A DNA stretch of 64,000 nucleotides. Origin: an uncultured Actinomycetes bacterium (lineage in GTDB: Bacteria; Actinomycetota; Thermoleophilia; Gaiellales; Gaiellaceae). The stretch spans positions 120,092 through 184,091 of the forward strand of contig CAWISL010000005.1 of the NCBI GenBank assembly GCA_963838795.1, written 5' to 3'. A model generated the notes under the pieces. It was not told the DNA's origin. It ran no database searches and saw nothing but the letters and a program-made list of their open reading frames with translations. Shown here piece by piece: positions 46,304-55,632 of this stretch (position 1 is the stretch's first letter; every line of letters begins with the position of its first letter). Position numbers and translations under genes: made by a program.

Positions 46304-47962
46304 CTAACCCCCCTGGACGACGACCTTCGTGAAGTCGATCTGATCCAGCGGGCTGATGAAGAACGTGTCCCGAACCGCGTCGTTCTCGAGGTTCGGATAC
46401 GTGTACCACATGATCGGCGTGAGCGGCACTTCGCCGGCCTCGTCGAACATGAGTCCCTCCAGCTGGCGGTAGAGCTCGTAGCGAGCGTCGTCGTCGACCG
46501 TCTGCTTGGCCTCCTCGACGAGCGCGTCGTACTCCTCGTTGCACCAGTTGGTGTTGTTGTTGCCCGAGTCACAGGTGAAGAGCTCGAGCCCGTTGATCGC
46601 GTCCGGGAAGTCGTAGATCCACCCGAGGCGATAGGCGTCGACGGCCTTGTTCGGCGGAGGTCCGAGGAACTCAAGGTACTGAGCCCACTCCTGCGCCTTG
46701 ATGGTCGTGTCGATGCCGAGCTCGTCCCACATGCTCTGCACGGCCACGGCGATCTCCGGGTGGCCGGGCGCGTCGTTGTGGAACAGGTTGACGTCCGTGT
46801 CCGGGTTCGGCTCCTCGGCCATGAGAGCGGTCGCCTGCTCCATGTCGCCCTCGGCGGGCAGCCAGGGCGAGTTCGGGTTGATGACGTCGAAGCCGTTGAC
46901 GCCCTCCGGAGTCATGCCCGTGGCCTGCGAGCGGCCCGTCCGGTCGATCTGGTCGGTGATGATCTTCCGGTTGATGGCCAACGACATCGCCTTGCGCTGG
47001 GCCAGGCCGATGTTCTCGACGTTGAACCCGTAGTAGTACGTCCCGAGGGCGGGATACAGCTCGAAGTACGGCTCGCCCTTGAGCCGGTCGATGTCCTCGG
47101 GCGGCAGTCCGGCGCCGTCGAGCGCGTCGACCTCGCCGGCCTCGAACGCCTGCACGCGGGTGACGCCGTCGACGATGATCGGCCCGTCGATCCGCTCCAG
47201 CGTGACGTTCGCGGCGTCGCGGTAGTCGGGGTTCTTGACCATGTTGATCGACGCCTCGTGGTCCCACGACTCGAGCATGAACGGACCGTTGGTGACGATG
47301 TTCTCCGGATCCGTCCAGTTGTCGCCGAACTCCTCGACGGTCGCCTGGTGAACCGGCAGGAACGAGTGGTGCGAGACCTGCCCGAGGAACCACGGCTGCT
47401 CGGAGGTCAGCTCGACCTGGAGCGTGTAGTCGTCCACCGCCGTGACGCCGATCTCGTCGGCCAGCGCGTCGCAGTTCTTCGCGCAGCCGTTGTACTCGGC
47501 GGCGCCCGTGATCCCGTAGAGCTGATAGGCGTAGTCGGTCGCAAGCTCGGGGCTCAGCGTCCGCTTCCACGAGTACACGAAGTCCTGAGCGGTGACCGGA
47601 TCGCCGTTCGTCCACGTCGCGTCCTCGTTGAGGTGGAACGTGACGACGTTCCCGTCGACCTCCCAGCTCTCGGCCAGCGCAGGCTCAGGCTCGTTCGTGT
47701 CCGGATTCAGTCTGACGAGCGGATCCATCAGGGCCAGGATGACGTTCGACGACGTCGTGTCCGTGGCCTTGCCGGGGTCGAGCGACGGCGGCTCGGCGCC
47801 CCAGGCGATCGTGAGCGTCTGCTCCGCCGCCGCGGCGCCGGTGTCGGTCGCGCCCGTGTCCTCGCCGGCCCCATCGTCGTCGTCCCCGCCGCACCCGGCT
47901 GCGCCGAGCGTCAGGACCGCGACGAGGGCCATGACGAGCAAGAGCCATCTGTTTCTACGCAC
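46304..47962 (-). CDS. Peptide/nickel ABC substrate-binding lipoprotein (family 5, OppA/DppA-like)
   Basis: GTG start after gaggaggg. Lipobox LTLGAAGCGG. Family-5 SBP length and blocks (LVRLNPDT..., YSWKR..., GPFMLESW...). Confidence 0.9.
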   Translation of the reverse strand: MRRNRWLLLVMALVAVLTLGAAGCGGDDDDGAGEDTGATDTGAAAAEQTLTIAWGAEPPSLDPGKATDTTSSNVILALMDPLVRLNPDTNEPEPALAESWEVDGNVVTFHLNEDATWTNGDPVTAQDFVYSWKRTLSPELATDYAYQLYGITGAAEYNGCAKNCDALADEIGVTAVDDYTLQVELTSEQPWFLGQVSHHSFLPVHQATVEEFGDNWTDPENIVTNGPFMLESWDHEASINMVKNPDYRDAANVTLERIDGPIIVDGVTRVQAFEAGEVDALDGAGLPPEDIDRLKGEPYFELYPALGTYYYGFNVENIGLAQRKAMSLAINRKIITDQIDRTGRSQATGMTPEGVNGFDVINPNSPWLPAEGDMEQATALMAEEPNPDTDVNLFHNDAPGHPEIAVAVQSMWDELGIDTTIKAQEWAQYLEFLGPPPNKAVDAYRLGWIYDFPDAINGLELFTCDSGNNNTNWCNEEYDALVEEAKQTVDDDARYELYRQLEGLMFDEAGEVPLTPIMWYTYPNLENDAVRDTFFISPLDQIDFTKVVVQGG

Positions 47963-48050
47963 TTGCTGCCCTCCTCTTGTTCATCAACGGCCGCACGTCG
48001 TTCTGGCCGAGCGGCCAACTTGCTGCTTAGACGCGCCTCGCCGCCCGAAG

Positions 48051-48989
48051 TTAGCGCGTTGCGAGGACGCGGCGCTCGACCACCTGGCTGTCGCGGAGCT
48101 GGGTCGTGCACCCGCCGACGGTGAGGAGCGTCCCGTCGACGTAGAAGGTCTGCAAGCCGTGCCGCGTCACGAGCGAGCGCGGGCCCGTCGTCCACGCGCC
48201 GGTAGCGGCGTCGTAGATCTGGTACGTGCTCTCCCAGACGGCGTGGATCTCGTCCCCCGCCACGGCCGCGCCGAGCAGCTCCATCGGCTCGGGCATCGCA
48301 GGGCCCTTGCGCCACTCGCCGGTCTCGGGGCTCAGGATCCAGACGTCGCGGAGGATGTCGTCCCCACGCCTGCCCCCGATCATCCAGATCTCGTCGCGAA
48401 ACGCCACGGAGTCGAACGCGTGGTTGGTGAAGGGCAGAGGTGGCCCCTCCGACCACGTGTCGGAGGCCGGGTCGTAGATGAAGACCTCGCGCCGCTCGAG
48501 CCCCTCGTGGTAGCCGCCGAGGACATAGATCTTCCCGTCGAGCGCGACCGCGGCGTGGTTGAAGCGCGGCTCGGGAAGCGGCGCCCGCTCGCTCCATTCG
48601 TCGCTCGCCGGGTCGTAGGCATGCAAGGCCGCCGAGTTGCCCTCGGCGGTCGTGCCTCCGACGACATAGAGGAGGCCGTCGACCGTCGCTGCGGCGCCCG
48701 CACGGACGGCCTCGGGCATCCGGCGCAGGGTCTCCCACGAGTCCGTGGCCGGGTCGTAGCGCGCGAGGAGATCGAGCGGTCGCCCGGTCTCCCCCACCAT
48801 CCCTCCGGCTGCGTAGACCTGCCCGTCGATCTCGGCCGCGGCGACGTAGCTCCGGCGCTGCGACATCGACTCGCCGAACGTCCAGTCCGCCGCCTCGGCG
48901 TCCTCGGCCCCGGAGCCGAGCGTGCCGACGACCGCGGCCGCGACCACGAGGGTGAGCACCGCGAGGAGGACGGCGACGGCGCGCATCAC
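48051..48989 (-). CDS. Kelch-repeat beta-propeller protein with N-terminal signal/anchor
   Basis: Repeated units: G.(V/I)Y..GG...........YDP..D.W (DGQVYAAGG, DGLLYVVGG, DGKIYVLGG, IWMIGG). Hydrophobic N-terminus AVAVLLAVLTLVVAAAVV. Confidence 0.8.
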   Translation of the reverse strand: MMRAVAVLLAVLTLVVAAAVVGTLGSGAEDAEAADWTFGESMSQRRSYVAAAEIDGQVYAAGGMVGETGRPLDLLARYDPATDSWETLRRMPEAVRAGAAATVDGLLYVVGGTTAEGNSAALHAYDPASDEWSERAPLPEPRFNHAAVALDGKIYVLGGYHEGLERREVFIYDPASDTWSEGPPLPFTNHAFDSVAFRDEIWMIGGRRGDDILRDVWILSPETGEWRKGPAMPEPMELLGAAVAGDEIHAVWESTYQIYDAATGAWTTGPRSLVTRHGLQTFYVDGTLLTVGGCTTQLRDSQVVERRVLATR

Positions 48990-49035
48990 CTTCTTGAGAC
49001 GCTCACGCCCGGCCCTGCGTTAGCGCTTCCGCACC

Positions 49036-49926
49036 CTACTGGGTGAGCGCGTCCGCGCCCGCGACGACCTCGAGGATCTCCTGCGTGATCTCCGACTGGC
49101 GCGCCCGGTTCATGTCCAGCGTCAGCTTGTCGATCAGCTCGCCGGCGTTCTTCGACGCGTTCCGCATCGCGGTCATGCGGGCGCCGTGCTCCGACGCGGC
49201 CGACTCGAGAAGGGCGCGGTAGACGGTCGTCTCCAGGTAGGTCGGCAGCAGGCGCCCGAGGATCTCCTCCGGCTCGGGCTCGTAGATGAAGTCTCCCTCG
49301 AGCGCGATCTCGTAGGCGCTCTTCTCCTCCTCCTCGAGCAATGTGCGCGGGATCGGGAGGACGTCCTCGACCGAGACGGTCTGGGTCAGCGGCGAGACGT
49401 AGTGGTTGTAGACGACCACGACCCGGTCGACCTCGCGCTCGACGAAGAGGTCGGCGAGTCGCTTCGAGATCGCGACCGCGTCCGCGTAGACCGGTCGGTC
49501 GGTAAAGTCGACCCAGGCCTGCTCGATCGCGTAGCGGCGGAAGCGGAGCGTCGAGCGTCCCTTCTTGCCCACCACCACCCAGCGGACGTCCGCGCCCGCG
49601 GCCCGGATCTCCCGCTCGAGCTGGAGCGCGCGCCGGATGATCTGCGCGTTGAACGCTCCGGCGAGGCCGCGATCTCCGGTCAGCGGCAGGATGGCCACGG
49701 ACTGGACCGTCTCCCGGGCCTCGAGGAGCGGGAAGCCGCGCGCGGGCGTCGCCCGCGCGGTCCCGATCATCAGCTCGCGCATGCGCTCGGCGTACGGGCG
49801 CAGCGCCGCGATGCGCGTCTCCGCCCGGCGCAGCTTGGCGGCCGCGACGAGCTCCATCGCCTTCGTGATCTTGCGCGTGTTGCGAACGGAGCGAAGTCGC
49901 CGCTTGATGTCCTGGACGGTGGCCAT
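49036..49926 (-). CDS. atpG: F0F1 ATP synthase gamma subunit (reading frame continuous with atpA upstream)
   Basis: From ATG 49926: [36 protein letters not shown]...[38 protein letters not shown]. Confidence 0.9.
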   Translation of the reverse strand: MATVQDIKRRLRSVRNTRKITKAMELVAAAKLRRAETRIAALRPYAERMRELMIGTARATPARGFPLLEARETVQSVAILPLTGDRGLAGAFNAQIIRRALQLEREIRAAGADVRWVVVGKKGRSTLRFRRYAIEQAWVDFTDRPVYADAVAISKRLADLFVEREVDRVVVVYNHYVSPLTQTVSVEDVLPIPRTLLEEEEKSAYEIALEGDFIYEPEPEEILGRLLPTYLETTVYRALLESAASEHGARMTAMRNASKNAGELIDKLTLDMNRARQSEITQEILEVVAGADALTQ

Positions 49927-51459
49927 GGCGCGTTCAGCGAGGACCGCCTCTTCGTGGACGGCGAAGTTCTGCCTGAACTCCTCGATCTGCGCCCGCGCCG
50001 CCGCCTGCGCCTCATCCGGGAGATCGCCGCTCTCGCGGATCCCTGCGTAGACCGTTCCCTCGGTGCGCAGATACTCCCGCAGCTCCCCCTGGAAGCGCGG
50101 AACCTGGTCCGGCGGGATGTCGTCGAGGAGGCCCTGGACGCCCGCGAAGATGGCGATCACCTGCTCCTCCAGCGGCCACGGCTGGTACTGGGGCTGGTTG
50201 AGGGTCGTCACCATGCGCTCGCCGCGAGCGAGCGTTCGCTGCGTCTGCGGGTCAAGCTCGGAGCCGAACTGCGCGAACGCCTCCAGCTCGCGGTACTGGG
50301 CGAGGTCGAGACGGAGCCGGCCGGCGACCTGCTTCATCGCCTTCGTCTGGGCGTTCCCGCCCACGCGGCTCACCGAGATGCCGACGTTGATTGCCGGGCG
50401 CACGCCCGAGTAGAAGAGGTCGGACTCGAGGAAGATCTGCCCGTCTGTGATCGAGATGACGTTGGTGGGGATGTAGGCGGAGACGTCGCCGGCCTGCGTC
50501 TCGATCACCGGCAGCGCCGTCAGCGAGCCGCCGCCCAGCTCGTCGGCGAGCTTGCAAGAGCGCTCGAGCAGGCGTGAGTGGAGGTAGAAGACGTCGCCGG
50601 GGAACGCCTCGCGTCCGGGCGGGCGACGGAGGAGGAGGGACATCTGCCGATAGGCGTCCGCGTGCTTGGAGAGGTCGTCGTACATGCAGACGGCGTGCCT
50701 GCCGTTGTAGAGGAAGTGCTCGCCCATGGCGGTGCCGGCATAGGGCGCCATCCACTTGATCGGGGCCGCCTCGGTGGCGGAGGCCGTGACGATGATCGTG
50801 TAGTCCATCGCCCCCGCCTCCTTCAGGCGCTCGTACACCTGCGCGACGGTCGAGGCCTTCTGCCCGATGGCGACGTAGATGCAGATCATGTCCTGCCCGC
50901 GCTGGTTCAGGATCGTGTCGATGAGGATCGCGGTCTTCCCCGTCGAGCGGTCGCCGATCACGAGCTCGCGCTGGCCTCGGCCGATCGGGATCATCGAGTC
51001 GATCGCCTTGATCCCCGTCTGCAGCGGCTCGCTCACGGGCTGGCGGTTGACCACTCCCGGCGCCTTGAACTCGAGCAGGCGGTTCTCGGAGGCTTGCAGC
51101 GGCCCCTGGCCGTCGAGCGGGACGCCGAGCGGGTTGACGATGCGGCCGATGAGCTCGTCGCCGACCGGCACGCTGATGACCTTGCCGGTCCGCTTCACGG
51201 TCTCGCCCTCGGCGACCTGTTCCCAGTTGCCGAAGAGGGCGACGCCGACGTTGTCCTCCTCCAGGTTGAGCGCGATGCCGGTGACGCCGTGCTCGAGCTC
51301 GAGCATCTCCAGCGCCATACAGCTCTCCAGCCCGTAGGCGCGGGCAATGCCGTCGCCGATCTGGAGAACCGTGCCGACCTCGGCCAGGTCGGTTTCGACG
51401 CCGTAGGCCTCGATGCGCTGCTTCAGGATCGAGGTGATCTCTTCGGGGCGTAGCTTCAC
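49927..51459 (-). CDS. atpA: F0F1 ATP synthase alpha subunit, no stop codon before atpG
   Basis: [17 protein letters not shown]..., Walker A GDRSTGKT, ...[32 protein letters not shown]... Ends ...[19 protein letters not shown] and is followed in frame by the gamma ATG. Confidence 0.9.
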
Positions 51460-51466
51460 GTGATTC

Positions 51467-52000
51467 TCAGCTCCTTGCTGTGAGTTCCTGGCGTAGCTGG
51501 TCCAGCCGTCCGCGCACGCTCGCGTCGAGGCGCTGCGAGCCGGCCTGGATGACGATGCCCCCGATCAGGTCGGGGTCGATGCTTCTCGTTGCCTCCACTT
51601 TGCGGCCGGCCGCCTGCTCGATCTGACCCACGAGCTTGGCGGCCTCCTTGTCGGAAAGCTCGACGGCGGTCGTCAGCTCCAGCTCGAGCACACGCTCTTG
51701 CAGGGCGATCAGGCGCTCGAGCTCGCCCTGGATCTCGTCGACCTCGGCGATCCGGCCCTTCTCGGCCAGCAGGAGGAGGAAGTTGCGGACGAGCGGCTCG
51801 GCGTCTCCGAGCGCCACGGCGAGCGCGTCGCGCTTAACGTACGGCTCAATCTGCGGGTTGCGGAGGAGCGACCGCAGCTCGTCGGAGGCGCCGACGGCGG
51901 CGACGAACTCGCCCAGCTCCTCCCGGACCTCCTCGACCTTCTCCTGGTCGCGGGCGGCCTCGAGGAGCGCCTCGGCGTACACGCGATCTGCCACGGCCAA
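51467..52000 (-). CDS. atpH: F0F1 ATP synthase delta subunit
   Basis: 177 aa (OSCP-like: [14 protein letters not shown]...[21 protein letters not shown]); position between atpF and atpA. Confidence 0.9.
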   Translation of the reverse strand: MAVADRVYAEALLEAARDQEKVEEVREELGEFVAAVGASDELRSLLRNPQIEPYVKRDALAVALGDAEPLVRNFLLLLAEKGRIAEVDEIQGELERLIALQERVLELELTTAVELSDKEAAKLVGQIEQAAGRKVEATRSIDPDLIGGIVIQAGSQRLDASVRGRLDQLRQELTARS

Positions 52001-52012
52001 AGCTTCAGCCCC

Positions 52013-52591
52013 CTAGTTCTCGCTCGCGATCTGCTTCACGTCGACCTCGGCGATCGTCTCGTCGATCAGCCGCCTCTGGTCCTTCGCGTCGAGGACCTTG
52101 CCGGTGACCTTCTCGGCGGCGAGGAGCGTCAGCTCGACGACGTCGCGGCGGATCTGCTCCCGGAGCCTGGTGTTCTCCGCCTCGAGCTCCTCGCGGTTCT
52201 TCTCCAGCCGCTCCTTCAGATCGGCGTCGGCCTGCTCGCGCGCTTGCTCGAGCTGGCGCTGGGCCTGGCGGCGCGATTCGTCGAGGATTCGCTCGCGATC
52301 GGCCAGGGCCTCCTCGCGCTCGCGCTTCACGAGCTCGCGGAGATCGCGGGCCTCCTCGCGCGCCTTGTCCGCCTCGTCGAGGGCCTCACGGATCCGGTCT
52401 CGGCGCTGGTCGATTATGCCCTGGATGCGCCCGAAGGCGAAGCGCCTGAGCACCCAGAGGACGATCAGGAACGTGAGGATCGTCCAGACCATCAGGCCCG
52501 GGACGACATCGATCAGCGAGCCCTCGTCCTCCTCCGCCGTCGTGGTCGTCTCCTGGGCGAAGAGGAATGCCTGGAGTAGGGAGTCCCTCAT
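52013..52591 (-). CDS. atpF: F0F1 ATP synthase subunit b
   Basis: One N-terminal TM segment (MVWTILTFLIVLWVL), then a long charged coiled coil. Confidence 0.9.
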   Translation of the reverse strand: MRDSLLQAFLFAQETTTTAEEDEGSLIDVVPGLMVWTILTFLIVLWVLRRFAFGRIQGIIDQRRDRIREALDEADKAREEARDLRELVKREREEALADRERILDESRRQAQRQLEQAREQADADLKERLEKNREELEAENTRLREQIRRDVVELTLLAAEKVTGKVLDAKDQRRLIDETIAEVDVKQIASEN

Positions 52592-52597
52592 CGGCGA

Positions 52598-52861
52598 TCA
52601 GACGAGCACGAACGCGAGCAGGCCGCCGAGGAGCGCGTAGAAGACGACGGCCTCGGTGAGAGCGAAGCCGAGCCACTGGATGCCGGTCAGCTCCCCGCGA
52701 AGCTCGGGCTGCCGGGCGACCGCCTGGATCATGGAGCCGAAGATCGTGCCGATGCCGATGCCGGCGCCCACGGCGCCGAGCCCGACGCCGACCCCGAAGG
52801 CGATCGCCTTCCCGAGGTCGGCCAGGCCAGCGTCCGTGGTCTGTGCGAGCAGGATGTCCAC
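52598..52861 (-). CDS. atpE: F0F1 ATP synthase subunit c
   Basis: 87-aa hairpin: GAVGAGIGIG...ARQPE...FALTEAV (carboxylate Glu). Confidence 0.9.
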   Translation of the reverse strand: MDILLAQTTDAGLADLGKAIAFGVGVGLGAVGAGIGIGTIFGSMIQAVARQPELRGELTGIQWLGFALTEAVVFYALLGGLLAFVLV

Positions 52862-52870
52862 TGTCCCTCC

Positions 52871-53701
52871 TTAGTGTTCCGGTTCGATGGCTGCGCCGAT
52901 GTAGATGGCCGAGAGCAGGGCGAAGACGAAGGCCTGGATCGTGACGACGATGCCGACCTCGAAGAGGTAGATGGCCGTTCCGATCACCACCGAGAACGGG
53001 ATCAGCCACCAGGCCGAGAAGATGAAGATCAGGCCGAGCATGACGAGGATCAGCATGTGGCCCGCGAGCATGTTGGCGAAGAGCCGCACCGAGAGCGAGA
53101 TCAGGCGCATGAACTGCGAGATCACCTCGAGCGGGACGATCAGGGCCAGCAGCGGCTTGGGCGCCCCCTCGGGGATCCAGCTCTTGAAGTAACGGCCCAC
53201 CCCGTTGTAGCGGATGCCCTCGAAGTGAGTGGCGCCGAAGGTGATGAGCGCGAGGGCGAGCGTGACGCTCAGGTTGGCCGTCGCCGCGTAGATCCCCCAG
53301 GTCGGCAGCTCGACGCCGAAGAAGTCGAACTTCTCGTCGGAGAGCGGCAGCGGGATGAAGCCGACGATGTTCAGCACCCAGATGAAGAGGAAGAGCGAGG
53401 CAACGTACGGGAACCAGAGGTGCAGCGCCTTCGAGGGAATGCTCGACTCCGCGATCTGCTCCTGGACGGCCTCGTAGATCGCCTCGCCGGTCGTCTGCCG
53501 GCGGTCGGGTCGGAGCGAGAGGCCGAACCGCATCAGCCAGATCCCCAGCAGGATCGTCAGGAGCCCGCCCAGCCAGAGGTATGCGACCGCCTTGTTGACG
53601 GAGAGGTCGAGCGGCCCGATGTGAATCGGGACCCACTCCTGGAGGACGAACTCGTGCTGCGGGTCGAAGTCGCTCTCGGAGGCGGCGAGCAGGAGGCTCA
53701 T
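52871..53701 (-). CDS. atpB: F0F1 ATP synthase subunit a
   Basis: 276 aa, polytopic, with LSVRLFANMLAGH (essential Arg). Confidence 0.9.
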   Translation of the reverse strand: MSLLLAASESDFDPQHEFVLQEWVPIHIGPLDLSVNKAVAYLWLGGLLTILLGIWLMRFGLSLRPDRRQTTGEAIYEAVQEQIAESSIPSKALHLWFPYVASLFLFIWVLNIVGFIPLPLSDEKFDFFGVELPTWGIYAATANLSVTLALALITFGATHFEGIRYNGVGRYFKSWIPEGAPKPLLALIVPLEVISQFMRLISLSVRLFANMLAGHMLILVMLGLIFIFSAWWLIPFSVVIGTAIYLFEVGIVVTIQAFVFALLSAIYIGAAIEPEH

Positions 53702-54093
53702 CGCCGCGGGCTCCCGGAGAAGTAGATGGCAAGGCTCGTGATCAGCTCGGCGCTGTACGCGGCCGCGTAGGTGAGCGCGCCGGCGAGGGCGAGCGACGGG
53801 TTCGCCACCGCGACGGCGAGCAGGATCAGGACGAGCGCGATCCCGCGGCCCATCATCCCGAAGGCCGCCACCCCGGAGCCGCGGAGCGTAGGCTCGCCGA
53901 TCCCCGCCTTCCCGAGCAGGAGCCCGACGACCTGGCTACCGGCCCAGAGGAGCGCGCCGAGCGCCCACCCGCGGACGTCCCAGCCGGCGAGGAGGAAGAT
54001 CGGAAGAGCGAGTGCGACGACGGCGCCGCCCACGAGGACGGGCATGCGCCGGTCCGGCATGGGACGCGGCGTGAGCAGCGCCCCGGGAGTCAC
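53698..54093 (-). CDS. Small hydrophobic AtpI-like protein at the head of the atp operon
   Basis: 131-aa ORF with 4 predicted TM segments. Overlaps the atpB start by 4 nt. Start uncertain (GTG 54093 or an internal ATG). Confidence 0.55.
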   Translation of the reverse strand: MTPGALLTPRPMPDRRMPVLVGGAVVALALPIFLLAGWDVRGWALGALLWAGSQVVGLLLGKAGIGEPTLRGSGVAAFGMMGRGIALVLILLAVAVANPSLALAGALTYAAAYSAELITSLAIYFSGSPRR

Positions 54094-54213
54094 GGGGCGT
54101 CCGAGCGACGGACGAGGGCGGCCACGACGGCATGCATCTTATTCGGAGACAGGGTATCAGTCCGAGAGGCGAGTTCGTAACAGTGCTTTGGCTTGTTTTG
54201 AGCCGTTCTCAGG

Positions 54214-55632
54214 CTACTTTGTGCCGACGAGCCGTCGCGCGCCGAGCTCGCGCAGGACATCGACGAAGAGGTCAACGTCGGGCTCGCGCGTACGCCAGTT
54301 CACGATCGCGGGGCGGAAGGCGACCTTGCCGCCGAATCTCGTCGTCCCCACGTAGACCCGGCCGTCGGCGAGCACGTCCTCGCCGAGGCGGGCGTTGACC
54401 GCGTCCAGCTCCCGCTCGGGGACGCCGGGTGGGCGATAGCGAAAGCAGACGATGTTGAGGGGAACCTCGGCGAGCCGCTCGAGGTCGGGGGCCTCGTCCA
54501 CGAGGCCCGCGAGTCGCTGAGCCAGGTCGAGGTGCCGCTCGACCATCTCCCGGTAGCCGGAGCGCCCCCACGCCCGAAGCGCGGCCCAGACCGCCAGCGA
54601 GCGCGCGCGCTGCGACGACTCCGGCGTCAGGTAGCCGTAGGTTGGCTCGGGCTCCCCGGATGGCAGGTAGGCCGCCGTGAGCGTGAAGACCTTGGCGAGC
54701 AGGCCGAGGTCGCGGACGAAGGCGAAGCCGCAGTCGTACGGGACGTTGAGCCATTTGTGCCCGTCGGCGATGAGGGAGTCCGCACGCTCCACCCCCTCGG
54801 CCAGCGCCGCCGAGCGCGGCGAGACGCGCGCGAAGAGGCCGAACGCCCCGTCGACATGCAGCCAGGCGCGATGCTTCTCGGCCATGTCGGCAAGTGCCGG
54901 GAGGGGGTCGAACTCGCCGGCGTTCACGTCTCCCGCGTTCCCCACGATGATCGCCGGCGCGCCGCCGAGGTCCCGCAGCGCCCGCTCCAGCGCGGCCAGA
55001 TCGATCCGTCCGACCTCGTCGCGCACGAAGGTCTGCACCGAGGCGCGGCCGACCCCGAGCATCGAGAGGGCCTTCGTCGCGCTCGTGTGGATCAGCCCGC
55101 TCGAAAACACAGGCACCGGCGGGAGCCCGGCCATCCCGTCGGCGCCGATGTCGCGCCCGTGCTCTTCGCCCCACCACTGCCGCCCCGCGGCGAGGCCCAT
55201 CAAGTTCGCGGTCGTCGCGCCGCTCGTGAGCGCCCCTCCCCACCCGGCCGGAAGGTCGAACAGCTCCTTCAGCCAGCCGACCGCGACGGTCTCGAGCCGC
55301 GTTCCGAGGGGCGAGCCCACCCAGCTGAAGGCGTTCTGGTCGAGCGCGGTCGCCAGCCAGTCGGCGCCCAGGGCGGCCGGCGTCACACCGCCGGTGACGA
55401 AGTGGAAGAAGCGGGGGCCGGAGGACGCCGTCGCGGCGTCGAGGCCGGCGGCGAGCTCGTCGAGGGCCTCGACCGCGCCCGAGCCCTGCTCGGGGAGCGC
55501 CCCGCCGAAGCGGTCGACCACCTCGTCGGCGCCCTCGGGCAGCACCGGGCGCTCGTCCAGCCCGTCGAGCCAGGCCGAGGCCTCGGCGAACGCGCGCTCG
55601 GCCGCCGCCGCCGTCTCGTCCCGCCGGATCAT
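54214..55632 (-). CDS. Group II PLP-dependent decarboxylase family protein
   Basis: ATG 55632 (ATGA overlap with the wecA-like stop). TSGATTANL...HVDGAFG...SLIADGHKWLNVPYDCG (PLP lysine motif). Confidence 0.85.
   Translation of the reverse strand: MIRRDETAAAAERAFAEASAWLDGLDERPVLPEGADEVVDRFGGALPEQGSGAVEALDELAAGLDAATASSGPRFFHFVTGGVTPAALGADWLATALDQNAFSWVGSPLGTRLETVAVGWLKELFDLPAGWGGALTSGATTANLMGLAAGRQWWGEEHGRDIGADGMAGLPPVPVFSSGLIHTSATKALSMLGVGRASVQTFVRDEVGRIDLAALERALRDLGGAPAIIVGNAGDVNAGEFDPLPALADMAEKHRAWLHVDGAFGLFARVSPRSAALAEGVERADSLIADGHKWLNVPYDCGFAFVRDLGLLAKVFTLTAAYLPSGEPEPTYGYLTPESSQRARSLAVWAALRAWGRSGYREMVERHLDLAQRLAGLVDEAPDLERLAEVPLNIVCFRYRPPGVPERELDAVNARLGEDVLADGRVYVGTTRFGGKVAFRPAIVNWRTREPDVDLFVDVLRELGARRLVGTK

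Noticed and set aside
54090-54275. 61-codon ORF with a GTGA overlap to the AtpI-like gene, considered as a small atp-associated gene.
   Set aside because: Its 5' third lies inside the decarboxylase gene. The rest covers the AT-richer promoter spacer with poor GC3. The only internal ATG leaves 15 codons.
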